From IMG/VR virus record IMGVR_UViG_3300035211_000102: a stretch of DNA of 22,906 nucleotides, one strand, 5' to 3'. Origin of the DNA: a virus. Each line of letters begins with the position of its first letter. The first letter of the stretch is position 1. This document shows positions 1 to 8,019 of the stretch, piece by piece. The translations under genes and the position numbers were made by a program. Below the pieces are notes generated by a model. That model had not been told where the DNA came from and ran no database searches. It saw nothing but the letters and a program-made list of their open reading frames with translations.

Positions 1-124
1 GTGCTCATAAAAGCATTTCTGGCCCATCTTTCCCTCCTTCATCTTCACTCAGCTTCGCAACCAGTAACTTTATTCTTGACTGCGCCCGCTCCTCGGACTT
101 CACCTTCTCTTCGTAATCCTCCGG

Positions 125-1804
125 CTAGTCCCCCATGAGTCCGATGAACTGCCCTGTCTTGACTCCTAGAATGTCAAGTATTATCTCGTCATACCCACTC
201 CTTGACACACAGTAATAACTAGGAACATCTTTTACTGTTTTGTCAACACCAATTCTTGCTATTCTAGTCTCCGCCTGAGAATGAATCGCCGGACTATAAT
301 CCAACTCAGCAAACACACAACATGTCGCCCGATATTGCAACCCATCAAGACCAGCCGCCGACCTCAAACTCAACACCACGACATCCGTCTTCCGGTCCAA
401 GAACGACCGGACCGCCTTGTCCTTCTGGTTCTGCGTCTGCTTCCCTGTGATAAACACAGGCCCATATTTCGCCAGACACTCTGCCAATATCTTATGAACG
501 TCATGGTGCCACGCATATACGAGAGGTTTCTCTCCCGCCTCGACAAGCGAAGCAACGAAATCAGCAACGTACCGAGCCTTCGCAACCCCAGCCGCCCTCC
601 GCGTCTCCCCCTCGACCTCTCTGGCAAGTCGCCCCTTTTCCGTGAACGATGCCGTCAACCACGTTTTCGCCTTCTTTTTCGCCGATTCAATCAGCGAGTC
701 ATACAGATCGTCATCTTGTTGCAGATCCTTCACCATACGAGAAATCGGAGGGATGTCCATTTGAACATTCTCGTATCGTCTTCTCAACAATAACCCCTCG
801 CGCACCAGGTGACCATTTAAAGCCTTCGGATCTGATACTATCTTCTCCCCGTACCCAGTGCACCACTCCCGCGTGAAGGCGTCCCTGGAGCCCAGGCAGT
901 GAAATTCAAGGGAGTTCATGACCGACCAAATTTCAGCCCCATACCCATATACTGGAGTTCCCGAAGCCGCAAAAACATACTCAGCGTCCGATGACAAAAC
1001 AGACGCCGCAGAATACTTTGCAGTGCTCCCATGGCGAAGCTCTTGCACCTCGTCAAATATCACAGTCGGAAATACCTTCTCTCTCAACGCATCGGTCCAC
1101 CACGACAGAAGCCCGTAATGAATGATCGCGAACGGCGTGTCCGGAATGTCGTACGGCGTCCTGCTCTTCAGAATCGGCGCAAGAACCTTGCCCCTTTTTA
1201 TCGAAACATCAAAATCGGTATCGTACAAATCCCGATTGTAGTCACACGGGAGATCGAACAGCGCCCCGATGGCCCGTTGCCATTGCAACTGAACATGCGT
1301 CTGGCACACGACAAGAATTGGGTACTTCCCGGCTTGAGCCCCCGCCGCCAACGCACTCCAGGTTTTCCCGAGCCCCATACTATCCCCGAGCAGCGCTCGC
1401 ATGTTCTTCACAAGAAACGTCACCGCCGTCTCCTGGTACGGGAATAGTTTCCCTATGAATTCCGGAGGAGGTGTCGTCCGCTTCAAATCGACCCCACTGA
1501 TCCGACTCTGCCACTTTGTGACAGCCTTCTCCTTGTGCTTCTCGAACTGCTCCGGACACAGGATCTCCAGCGGAAACCGCATCATGAGCCAGTTCAGATC
1601 CCCGATCTCCCTGGTCGATCCCCCGAACAGGACCGCCGCGTCATTCCCGCGCCATGAAGTGCACCCTGGGAATACCCGCTTCGCGTACTCCAACACGATT
1701 GGCTCCCCCCTCAAGACGAACTTCCCCTTCGCGAACTTGAGTTCGCCATACTTGTGACCGGTGTTCGATGCGTCTTTTAGGTAATCAGGGATCTCTCTTT
1801 CCAC
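125..1804 (-). CDS. SNF2/RAD54-family DEAD/DEAH-box helicase (ATPase)
   Basis: 559-aa ORF. SNF2 N-terminal signature LFPYQETAVTFL, Walker A GDSMGLGKT, motif II IFDEVQEL, helicase-C motifs LSLRSAAGLDGLQ and QAETRIARIG. The start is GTG at 1804 and the first ATG lies far inside, so the 5' end is uncertain. Confidence 0.85.
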   Translation of the reverse strand: MEREIPDYLKDASNTGHKYGELKFAKGKFVLRGEPIVLEYAKRVFPGCTSWRGNDAAVLFGGSTREIGDLNWLMMRFPLEILCPEQFEKHKEKAVTKWQSRISGVDLKRTTPPPEFIGKLFPYQETAVTFLVKNMRALLGDSMGLGKTWSALAAGAQAGKYPILVVCQTHVQLQWQRAIGALFDLPCDYNRDLYDTDFDVSIKRGKVLAPILKSRTPYDIPDTPFAIIHYGLLSWWTDALREKVFPTVIFDEVQELRHGSTAKYSAASVLSSDAEYVFAASGTPVYGYGAEIWSVMNSLEFHCLGSRDAFTREWCTGYGEKIVSDPKALNGHLVREGLLLRRRYENVQMDIPPISRMVKDLQQDDDLYDSLIESAKKKAKTWLTASFTEKGRLAREVEGETRRAAGVAKARYVADFVASLVEAGEKPLVYAWHHDVHKILAECLAKYGPVFITGKQTQNQKDKAVRSFLDRKTDVVVLSLRSAAGLDGLQYRATCCVFAELDYSPAIHSQAETRIARIGVDKTVKDVPSYYCVSRSGYDEIILDILGVKTGQFIGLMGD

Positions 1805-1808
1805 GTCT

Positions 1809-2057
1809 TCAGCCTATTCTCCTCTTCAGTTCAGCAAAAATCTCATCCGCAACCCACGGAATCACTAAAAACCAATAGTCAACGGAACACCCAATCATCT
1901 TAGCCTCAAACCTGAACGTCCCTCCTTTTTTAGGCACAATATTCCATCCTCTTCGAAACATCCGACAACAGTTAAACTCATGATGCCCTGGCTTATGCAT
2001 TACCGCATCAGACTCTGCACCTACTATTATCTTACATTTCATATCGTCATCCCCCAA
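1809..2057 (-). CDS. hypothetical small Cys-containing protein
   Basis: 82-aa ORF filling the gap between the nuclease and helicase genes on the same strand; it overlaps the upstream gene by about 19 nt. No recognisable motif. Confidence 0.35.
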   Translation of the reverse strand: MGDDDMKCKIIVGAESDAVMHKPGHHEFNCCRMFRRGWNIVPKKGGTFRFEAKMIGCSVDYWFLVIPWVADEIFAELKRRIG

Positions 2058-2407
2058 TTCGAAGACAAAGAGACATACTTCACCGGCTTCCCGTTCGCTT
2101 CGTTCAGGTGCTGTACAAGTCCGCGCTCCGACACGAGGATCACAGCATTCACTTTGTCGCTGTTCGCGTACCGCCGAATCTGGGCCGCCACTGCCCTCGC
2201 GTTCGGCTTCCCCTTCTTGACCTCGATTACGATCCCACCGTAGGCCAGGATGTCAACCCGACACCCCGGCGAAACAGTCACTTCCCTTGCGAATGAAATT
2301 TTGGCTTCTGCGATTCGCTTCTCTACTTCGGACACGATCTCTGACTCAAGCCGGACGACCCCGATCCGTATCGATTTTAGGATTGAAAGGATGCTCTCTA
2401 CAGACAT
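2039..2407 (-). CDS. PD-(D/E)xK nuclease, Hjc/VRR-NUC-like (putative Holliday-junction resolvase)
   Basis: 122 aa. The core GCRVDILAY-x9-IVIEVKKGK matches the D...(D/E)xK catalytic signature of archaeal Hjc / VRR-NUC nucleases. It lies directly upstream of the SNF2 helicase, a common phage pairing. Confidence 0.6.
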   Translation of the reverse strand: MSVESILSILKSIRIGVVRLESEIVSEVEKRIAEAKISFAREVTVSPGCRVDILAYGGIVIEVKKGKPNARAVAAQIRRYANSDKVNAVILVSERGLVQHLNEANGKPVKYVSLSSNWGMTI

Positions 2408-2483
2408 CAGCCAACCATCCGTTCAGCTTCAAAACCACTGTCAACCCCCCCATCTTATCAGAACAAAAATACCCTGCAAGCCA

Positions 2484-2726
2484 CTATTCACCTGAAACTT
2501 TTTTTCTCCGGACAATCAGCATCCATCTTCCGTCCTTCTCTCGCTGCTTGAAGTATCCCTTCTTCTCTGTGTAACGCACTCTATCCCGAACAGCATTTAC
2601 CGTCACCCCGAGATCTTCCGCTGCTTTTCTCAGCGTTGGCCAGTAACCGAAAGAATTGTAATGCTTCCGCCAGTAATCAATCGTCTCCAATTGGACCCGT
2701 GTCAATGGCGCAGCCATCAATCCCAA
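2484..2726 (-). CDS. LexA-like winged-helix DNA-binding protein (no S24 peptidase domain)
   Basis: 80 aa. LTRVQLETIDYWRKHY...GYWPTLRKAAEDLGVTVNAVRDRVRYTEKKGY parallels the LexA N-terminal DNA-binding domain pattern (LT.rQ.e.....H....G..PT.rE.A..LG....NA....L..KG). Confidence 0.6.
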   Translation of the reverse strand: MGLMAAPLTRVQLETIDYWRKHYNSFGYWPTLRKAAEDLGVTVNAVRDRVRYTEKKGYFKQREKDGRWMLIVRRKKVSGE

Positions 2727-2983
2727 CTCACACGAAATTTCAGGACCTTCACATCCTTCGGGATGTCCTCGACCTTCACCTCGATCCCATCAATCATCTC
2801 TTCCTTGAATTTCCGGTGAAGAATGTCGACCTGAACCCCGTCCGGGCATGGCTCCTTATTGTCGAAAAAGTCCAAAACCTCCTTCGGAACCGAAACATCG
2901 TTCTCGCGACACGTGTCCAGAACCTTCTTCATCTTCTTCCATTTCTCATCAGGAAGCTTTATTCCTTCAATGTAAATACACAT
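2717..2983 (-). CDS. hypothetical protein
   Basis: 88-aa ORF on the coding strand, overlapping the downstream gene by 10 nt. No motif recognised. Confidence 0.4.
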   Translation of the reverse strand: MCIYIEGIKLPDEKWKKMKKVLDTCRENDVSVPKEVLDFFDNKEPCPDGVQVDILHRKFKEEMIDGIEVKVEDIPKDVKVLKFRVSWD

Positions 2984-3001
2984 CTGGCCCTCTCTTTTCG
3001 A

Positions 3002-3244
3002 TTATTCGTCCAAGTCCGACTCCATGTACCTCGTCCACAATTCCAAAACCCTTCGGTATTCGTCTTCTGAGACGTCGCACTCAGTTTGGCCGCCTTCTCC
3101 GTCGAAATCACAGTCCCAAAACAGTACCATCTTGTTTTCTCTGACACCTATCCTGTAAACGGCAGAAAGACAAAAGCTTACCTCCCATCCTCCCATCGTC
3201 TTAAACGACGCAGTCTTCTTAATTTTATCAAATGGAATCCCCAC
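3002..3244 (-). CDS. hypothetical acidic protein
   Basis: 80-aa ORF, tightly packed (2-nt gap to the upstream gene). Confidence 0.4.
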   Translation of the reverse strand: MGIPFDKIKKTASFKTMGGWEVSFCLSAVYRIGVRENKMVLFWDCDFDGEGGQTECDVSEDEYRRVLELWTRYMESDLDE

Positions 3245-3245
3245 C

Positions 3246-3590
3246 TCAATCCTCTCCTTTCACAAGCGGATCATCCGCAAAGTCCATCACTCGCGTCACC
3301 CCGTCATCCCCCGTCACCTCAATAGGATTCAGCTTGAACAGCCCAAACCCTGCATAGTTGCAAGGCCCTTTCCCCCTGGTCCCAATCGTCACTTTCGACC
3401 CCTGCGACCGACCAATGCAGTTCACCCCAATTTCACCCGGATCGGCTCCAGCATCCTTGTAGTCCTTCACGCTCATCACGTTGTCGCATGATGGACACCG
3501 AAACCGGATGTCATCAATACTGGATGGGTAACGCTTCCGCGCTTCATCTCTCCACTCTTCATTCGTCAGCTTCTTTAACTCGGACATCAC
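3246..3590 (-). CDS. hypothetical CxxC-containing protein
   Basis: 114 aa. Strong RBS: AAGGAGATAGGTG precedes the ATG at 3590. Contains a CPSC...C motif. Confidence 0.55.
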   Translation of the reverse strand: MMSELKKLTNEEWRDEARKRYPSSIDDIRFRCPSCDNVMSVKDYKDAGADPGEIGVNCIGRSQGSKVTIGTRGKGPCNYAGFGLFKLNPIEVTGDDGVTRVMDFADDPLVKGED

Positions 3591-3645
3591 CTATCTCCTT
3601 TTCCCTACGTCATCCGCAATGCCTTAACCCATCAACTCTTACATT

Positions 3646-3897
3646 CTAAGTCGCCGCATGAACGACAATAAGAAAAATACCCGACAGGATCGCCAATACA
3701 CAAAGAGCCTTCACGTACCATGGCCACCTGTATGGCTTGTATGGTACGAATCCAGATTCCCGGCTGACCCTCTCCAACTCCTTCTCAACCTCCTCTGGAG
3801 ACATCTCTCCTACGTTGATATAGTGGACATGCCTCCGAGGACGTGACCACAGCTTAGACAGATCAACGTGCTCTGGTATCATCTTCTTATCAGACAT
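3646..3897 (-). CDS. small membrane protein (C-terminal TM helix)
   Basis: 83 aa with a C-terminal hydrophobic stretch YVKALCVLAILSGIFLIVVHAAT. Its ATG at 3897 is embedded in ATGTCTGA, overlapping the stop of the upstream small ORF. Confidence 0.5.
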   Translation of the reverse strand: MSDKKMIPEHVDLSKLWSRPRRHVHYINVGEMSPEEVEKELERVSRESGFVPYKPYRWPWYVKALCVLAILSGIFLIVVHAAT

Positions 3898-4069
3898 CGT
3901 CTGTCACCATCGGCTCCCACTTCATCACATAGACAGACTCACCCCGCCTTACAACAAACCGCCCCTCTGAGTCCCTCTCGTTCCTGTCGATGTCATCGGA
4001 CGTCAAAGACACGCCATCTGGCATAGAAACATTTTTATTGAACCATTTGACAAAATCATCCTTGTCCAT
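3890..4069 (-). CDS. unannotated small ORF (59 aa), hypothetical
   Basis: Not in the ORF track (<60 aa). ATG at 4069 preceded by GAGGAGGTAAGA (SD spacing 5). Translation MDKDDFVKWFNKNVSMPDGVSLTSDDIDRNERDSEGRFVVRRGESVYVMKWEPMVTDDV. Its stop TGA overlaps the next gene's ATG, and it exactly fills an otherwise unexplained 174-bp gap. Confidence 0.45.
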   Translation of the reverse strand: MDKDDFVKWFNKNVSMPDGVSLTSDDIDRNERDSEGRFVVRRGESVYVMKWEPMVTDDV

Positions 4070-4071
4070 TC

Positions 4072-4410
4072 TTACCTCCTCGGTTTTTTTCGCCTTTTCT
4101 TCGTCATCTTCGGACGGTTACGGATCGTCTTCTTTCTCGCCGCCGGACCAAGAGGTTTCAATACAAGTCTGTCTTCCTCGATTCCCGCCACCGCGTACCG
4201 GTAATTCTTCAGCTCTACCTCCTCCCCGACCCCGAATACCGCCCACGACTTCGGTACCGGCTTCCCCTGGGCGTCCAGCAGTCCCTCGTGGAACTTTCTC
4301 TTGATTGCGTCCATCGGGTCTCCAGTAGCCTCCTGAGCCTTCTGAAAGAATTCCTCCAAACTCTTCGACGGCCTGACCTCCTCAAGCATGTTCGTTACTG
4401 GATTCATCAT
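4072..4410 (-). CDS. hypothetical protein with highly basic C-terminal tail
   Basis: 112 aa. The C-terminus AARKKTIRNRPKMTKKRRKKPRR suggests nucleic-acid binding. Confidence 0.5.
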   Translation of the reverse strand: MMNPVTNMLEEVRPSKSLEEFFQKAQEATGDPMDAIKRKFHEGLLDAQGKPVPKSWAVFGVGEEVELKNYRYAVAGIEEDRLVLKPLGPAARKKTIRNRPKMTKKRRKKPRR

Positions 4411-4422
4411 TTATTTTTCCCT

Positions 4423-4857
4423 TTATTCAATCTCACTGTCATCTACAGGAAACTTCGGCACAACCGGCCTAACAAATATATCAAAAACCAACTTTCCATC
4501 GCCTGGTTTTCTGTCTTTCATTCTAATACCAGCCTCAAACACGACACCCATGTCTGGATCAAAGTTCTTGTTCCACCTCACCCTTAGAAAAGCGATATGT
4601 TCTTTTGGCCAATTCCAAACGGGAACCATACTTCTAACCAGCCTGTCTCTCGCATCATCTTCTGATAATTTCAATTTTCCACGAATGTAATCCTCACACA
4701 TGGCATACAATCCACCAATCAATTTGTCATTAATATGGATCATAGCATCGTCTGTGATCTTGCTATTCACACTCATGGATTCGCTCACGACAGGAAACCG
4801 AATCCCTTTCTGCTTCACAATCTGACTAGAATCTAAAAAATCAGGCGTCTTTCCCAT
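4423..4857 (-). CDS. hypothetical protein
   Basis: 144-aa ORF on the coding strand; no motif recognised. Confidence 0.5.
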   Translation of the reverse strand: MGKTPDFLDSSQIVKQKGIRFPVVSESMSVNSKITDDAMIHINDKLIGGLYAMCEDYIRGKLKLSEDDARDRLVRSMVPVWNWPKEHIAFLRVRWNKNFDPDMGVVFEAGIRMKDRKPGDGKLVFDIFVRPVVPKFPVDDSEIE

Positions 4858-5380
4858 TTTGATATCTCCTTAAGTCATCCGCCAGATTCTCCAGGCCATG
4901 CTTTGGACACCTTCCCTCTCCAACCTCATCACACATACATGGGCCTTCCAGTCCAACCTTCATATACCCAAGAAAAGCCTCAAGCTTCTTGCAAACTCGC
5001 CCCCTTGACACCTCATCATCTCCGTCAGGGTCTTGACTCTCAATATCTGGCAAATCAGAAAGCTCTTTCAGGCAATCCTCAATCAAAGACACCGCAAGAT
5101 TCAACCTGTCGTACACGAATAAAAAATCACACAGAGGACAATCCACGCGGCTCCACATGTTCTTATGATCATCGCAAATTCCAAGCGGATTCTTCACCTG
5201 GTACACATTCGGCACCTCTACCACCTCATTGTCTGGAAAATCTTTTTTGTACTCTTCGATATCGTATGCTTCTTCCTCGAAACCCTCCTTCACAAAATAC
5301 AGACCAGGTTGCTTATCGAACACCAGATGCCATCTTCTCTGGCCATCAATATCGGAATTTATCCAGTAAAGATTTTCCAT
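4841..5380 (-). CDS. hypothetical Cys-cluster protein
   Basis: 179 aa with CPLCD ... CMCDEVGEGRCPKHG, a possible metal-binding cluster. Confidence 0.5.
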   Translation of the reverse strand: MENLYWINSDIDGQRRWHLVFDKQPGLYFVKEGFEEEAYDIEEYKKDFPDNEVVEVPNVYQVKNPLGICDDHKNMWSRVDCPLCDFLFVYDRLNLAVSLIEDCLKELSDLPDIESQDPDGDDEVSRGRVCKKLEAFLGYMKVGLEGPCMCDEVGEGRCPKHGLENLADDLRRYQNGKDA

Positions 5381-5388
5381 ACAATCAC

Positions 5389-5616
5389 CTATCCCCTATT
5401 CTCTTTTAGTTGTCTCAGAAAATCTACAACATCATACAGACATCCACTGTTGAACACTGTACCAGCAACAGGAAAGAAACTATATTGCCGCCACGGACCG
5501 TACCACTTGACTCTTCCAAGCTCATACCCACCGTTATTACTAATACACGACCATACGGATGTCTTTGGCTTCTTTTCAACCTCAACGAAACTTATGAAAT
5601 CATATTTTGTCTGCAT
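5389..5616 (-). CDS. hypothetical protein
   Basis: 75-aa ORF overlapping the upstream gene by 17 nt. Confidence 0.35.
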   Translation of the reverse strand: MQTKYDFISFVEVEKKPKTSVWSCISNNGGYELGRVKWYGPWRQYSFFPVAGTVFNSGCLYDVVDFLRQLKENRG

Positions 5617-5971
5617 TGACTTCCACCGAATCTGCCTTGTCTCTTAGATTTTTGGCAAAGTTATTTAGATAATTACGAATCTTCGTAGCATTCTTAAGAA
5701 TAAACTCTTCGTACCTCTCAAATGAATTACATGAACATCCGAACACCATATCCCCTACCCCGTTGACCGTCATTGTCCCAATCGTGTGGTCATGTCCGAT
5801 GTACTTCTCAGGAAACTGCTTCGCCTTCTCCTCAAGATCTTCCAGCTCTCCCTCGTCATAAAAATTCCTGTCATGGAAGTAGGTGCTGAAATGGACCCTG
5901 TCGCAAATACATCTCCTCACGATGCCACCACCATGAGAATCAAAAGCGTCTTCGAATCGCTCACTTACCAT
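5600..5971 (-). CDS. hypothetical protein
   Basis: 123 aa; no recognised motif. Confidence 0.45.
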   Translation of the reverse strand: MVSERFEDAFDSHGGGIVRRCICDRVHFSTYFHDRNFYDEGELEDLEEKAKQFPEKYIGHDHTIGTMTVNGVGDMVFGCSCNSFERYEEFILKNATKIRNYLNNFAKNLRDKADSVEVNADKI

Positions 5972-6179
5972 TATTCACCTCTTCCTCCCTAACCGCATGA
6001 ATGAGTGGCCTACCATCACGCAGATCTTTCGCGCACTCTGAGCAATAATCCTTCCCTCCGACATAGATCCACCCCGTTTTTGCCGCCCTCGCCCTCGCCC
6101 GACTTACTTTCGCCTCACCATGGCCAGTCCACTTCGGACAACCATCACACCAGATCGTTGCCTGTTTACTCCAAGTCAT
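5961..6179 (-). CDS. zinc-ribbon protein (CxxC-x24-CxxC)
   Basis: 72 aa: WCDGCPKW ... YCSECAKD. Small zinc-ribbon proteins are common phage regulators. Confidence 0.45.
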   Translation of the reverse strand: MTWSKQATIWCDGCPKWTGHGEAKVSRARARAAKTGWIYVGGKDYCSECAKDLRDGRPLIHAVREEEVNNGK

Positions 6180-6198
6180 CTATCTTTCTCCTGCACAG

Positions 6199-6612
6199 CT
6201 AAATACTCCTCTTCCCCAAAATTACTGTTGAGAAATCAGGAAGTGGATCACCTTCCAGACAGCAATACAGATGGAGACACCGAGGATGGATGTTCACATG
6301 CTCATCCTTTGGAGCGAACACCATGATGCACTTCCGGTCTTCTCCGGCCCAGTGCCGCTTCAAGTACGTCAACTCATCGTACGTCGGCATGCGCCTCCGG
6401 TGTGAAATCGACAGATGAAGCCACACGCGATCATCCCCGTATAGTGCAATCGACGCCCCTACCCTCAACAACCTCTTGTGGTTGTCCCACATCCCATCCG
6501 TCATGCCTGGTCCGCCCATTACCTGCACCCACCCAGGAGGAAGTTTCTCCCCCGTCAACGGCAAGCTGTACTGCATTGCCCTCTTCCAGGATGGATCACC
6601 GAAATCCTTCAT
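6199..6612 (-). CDS. hypothetical conserved-looking protein
   Basis: 137 aa with WLHLSISHRRRMPTYDELTYLKRHWAGE. Its ATG overlaps the upstream DnaJ-like stop (4-nt ATGA). Confidence 0.5.
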   Translation of the reverse strand: MKDFGDPSWKRAMQYSLPLTGEKLPPGWVQVMGGPGMTDGMWDNHKRLLRVGASIALYGDDRVWLHLSISHRRRMPTYDELTYLKRHWAGEDRKCIMVFAPKDEHVNIHPRCLHLYCCLEGDPLPDFSTVILGKRSI

Positions 6613-7367
6613 GAATCACCAACCTTGAACAGTCCCCTCGGAATCACAGGATTGAACATCTTCACCTCTCCTATCCCATGGCACTCCTCGCACACGAGAT
6701 AGTATGGCTTTCCATCTGTCTTGATCTCCGTCGTTCCGTCCCCGAAGCATTTTTCACAGGGTATCCCCCTCCTCTGCGTTCCAGGAATATACGGAGCCGT
6801 GGACGGCATCCGAAACCCAAAACCAAATGAATCTCTCCATTGCGAACCACGTCGCTTGTTGAACGGATAGAATTTACCCGTACCCTTGCACTTATAGCAC
6901 TCCCCGATATCTTTCTTGCTCTTCGGATGGATATATCTCCCTGTCCCCTTACATCTCTCGCATGGATAGAACTTCAGCCCGTCACCGCCGCACAAGGTAC
7001 ATTGTTCAAACTTTCCAGTTCCCGTTGACATCCCAGAATATCGCTTGAACCCCAGCCCTTCACATCTTTCACACGTCCTTGCATTCTCTGTAATCGGGTA
7101 GCCCCTCCCGAGATCTGACAGTTTCTGCCCATCAATAGTATAAAGCACCTTTTTCTGATTCTCCGCTTGCCCTTCCAGCAGCTTAAATGCTGATGTAAGA
7201 GCGCCAAACTCCTCATCTGTCCCACCATGGTCTGGATGCTTATCCATCACCAGAACTCTGTATGCCTTTTTCAGCTCTGCCCTTGAAAAATTTTCAGCAA
7301 GCAAATTCCCAAACAGCTTCTTCGCCTGATCCTTGTCCATTTTTGCCATTCCCTTGAGATCAACCAT
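6609..7367 (-). CDS. DnaJ-like co-chaperone: J domain plus cysteine-rich zinc-finger (CR) domain, no C-terminal substrate-binding domains
   Basis: The J domain ELKKAYRVLVMDKHPDHGGTDEEF carries the HPD tripeptide. Six CxxCxGxG repeats follow: CERCEGLG, CTLCGGDG, CERCKGTG, CYKCKGTG, CEKCFGDG, CEECHGIG. Confidence 0.8.
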   Translation of the reverse strand: MVDLKGMAKMDKDQAKKLFGNLLAENFSRAELKKAYRVLVMDKHPDHGGTDEEFGALTSAFKLLEGQAENQKKVLYTIDGQKLSDLGRGYPITENARTCERCEGLGFKRYSGMSTGTGKFEQCTLCGGDGLKFYPCERCKGTGRYIHPKSKKDIGECYKCKGTGKFYPFNKRRGSQWRDSFGFGFRMPSTAPYIPGTQRRGIPCEKCFGDGTTEIKTDGKPYYLVCEECHGIGEVKMFNPVIPRGLFKVGDS

Positions 7368-7480
7368 TCGAAATCAGGTTTTCATCAGCCAGAACATCCA
7401 TGACCCCAGGTACCTGCCTCAAGGCCATCTCGACATCGCTCGCAGTCCCGCCCCTCGAAGCGACCAACTCGCTCAGGATC

Positions 7481-7840
7481 TCAGTTTGGGTTTTTCTTTT
7501 CCCTTTTTCTGCCATCGTGAACCCTCAGCCTCTCAGCAACGTCATCCACGGTCAGTTCTTCATCAGCAGCCAAGCACTTCAAAGCAGAAGACCTCCACTT
7601 GTCGCGACTCGCCTCACAGACACCGCTCAGCCTCTCAAGCTCTTCATGCGCCTTCTCAAGCCTTTCGAATTGAGCCTCTAGAGACCTTTCGCTCCCCTTC
7701 AGCCTCTCAAGCTCAGTGGGATCGCACCAGGATGAAAAGACAATCGCCGACAAACACACCAAAACCGCCACAACAGACAGAATGAAAGACACGAAAGTGC
7801 CTGCCCTCATCGTGATCATCCCCCTTTCTCCATCTACCAT
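7481..7840 (-). CDS. type-II membrane protein with N-terminal TM helix and coiled coil (i-spanin / FtsB-like)
   Basis: TM segment FVSFILSVVAVLVCLSAIVF followed by a coiled-coil-like stretch ELERLKGSERSLEAQFERLEKAHEELERL. No embedded lipoprotein partner was found. Confidence 0.45.
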   Translation of the reverse strand: MVDGERGMITMRAGTFVSFILSVVAVLVCLSAIVFSSWCDPTELERLKGSERSLEAQFERLEKAHEELERLSGVCEASRDKWRSSALKCLAADEELTVDDVAERLRVHDGRKREKKNPN

Positions 7841-8019
7841 GCCGGTACCTTCTCCATGATCTCCGCGAGCTTCTTCCTCTGAGGGGCGGTCAACTCTTTC
7901 CCACTGTCAAGCCTCTCCTCGATAGAGTCTAGATAGTTGATCTCCCACTCACTGAGAGATATCTTCTCGTCCTCCACCGCGTTCCTGATTGTCTCTATGT
8001 CGTCAAAGTCTGCTTTCAT
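7834..8019 (-). CDS. hypothetical acidic protein (track ORF 7834..8136, start re-assigned)
   Basis: The ATG at 8019 forms an ATGA overlap with the stop of 8016..8342. The track's longer version would overlap the upstream gene by 120 nt. Confidence 0.35.
   Translation of the reverse strand: MKADFDDIETIRNAVEDEKISLSEWEINYLDSIEERLDSGKELTAPQRKKLAEIMEKVPAW

Noticed and set aside
1-124. Partial minus-strand ORF starting at the ATG at 42 and running off the window start (MKEGKMGQKCFYEH...)
   Set aside because: Only 14 codons are visible and the RBS (GAGTGAAG) is weak. It cannot be supported from this window alone.
281-1757. Several plus-strand ORFs (281..793, 1031..1447, 1401..1757) and the minus-strand ORF 370..627
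   Set aside because: They are nested within or antisense to the SNF2 helicase ORF, whose motif order (Walker A, DExx, helicase-C) confirms the minus-strand frame.
3898-4071. tRNA or other ncRNA in the intergenic gaps
   Set aside because: No cloverleaf-compatible sequence (GTTC-type T-loop with matching acceptor stem) was spotted. The gaps are better explained by small ORFs and promoters.
6974-7228. 84-aa minus-strand ORF in an alternative frame
   Set aside because: It lies inside the DnaJ-like gene, whose CxxCxGxG periodicity validates the main frame.
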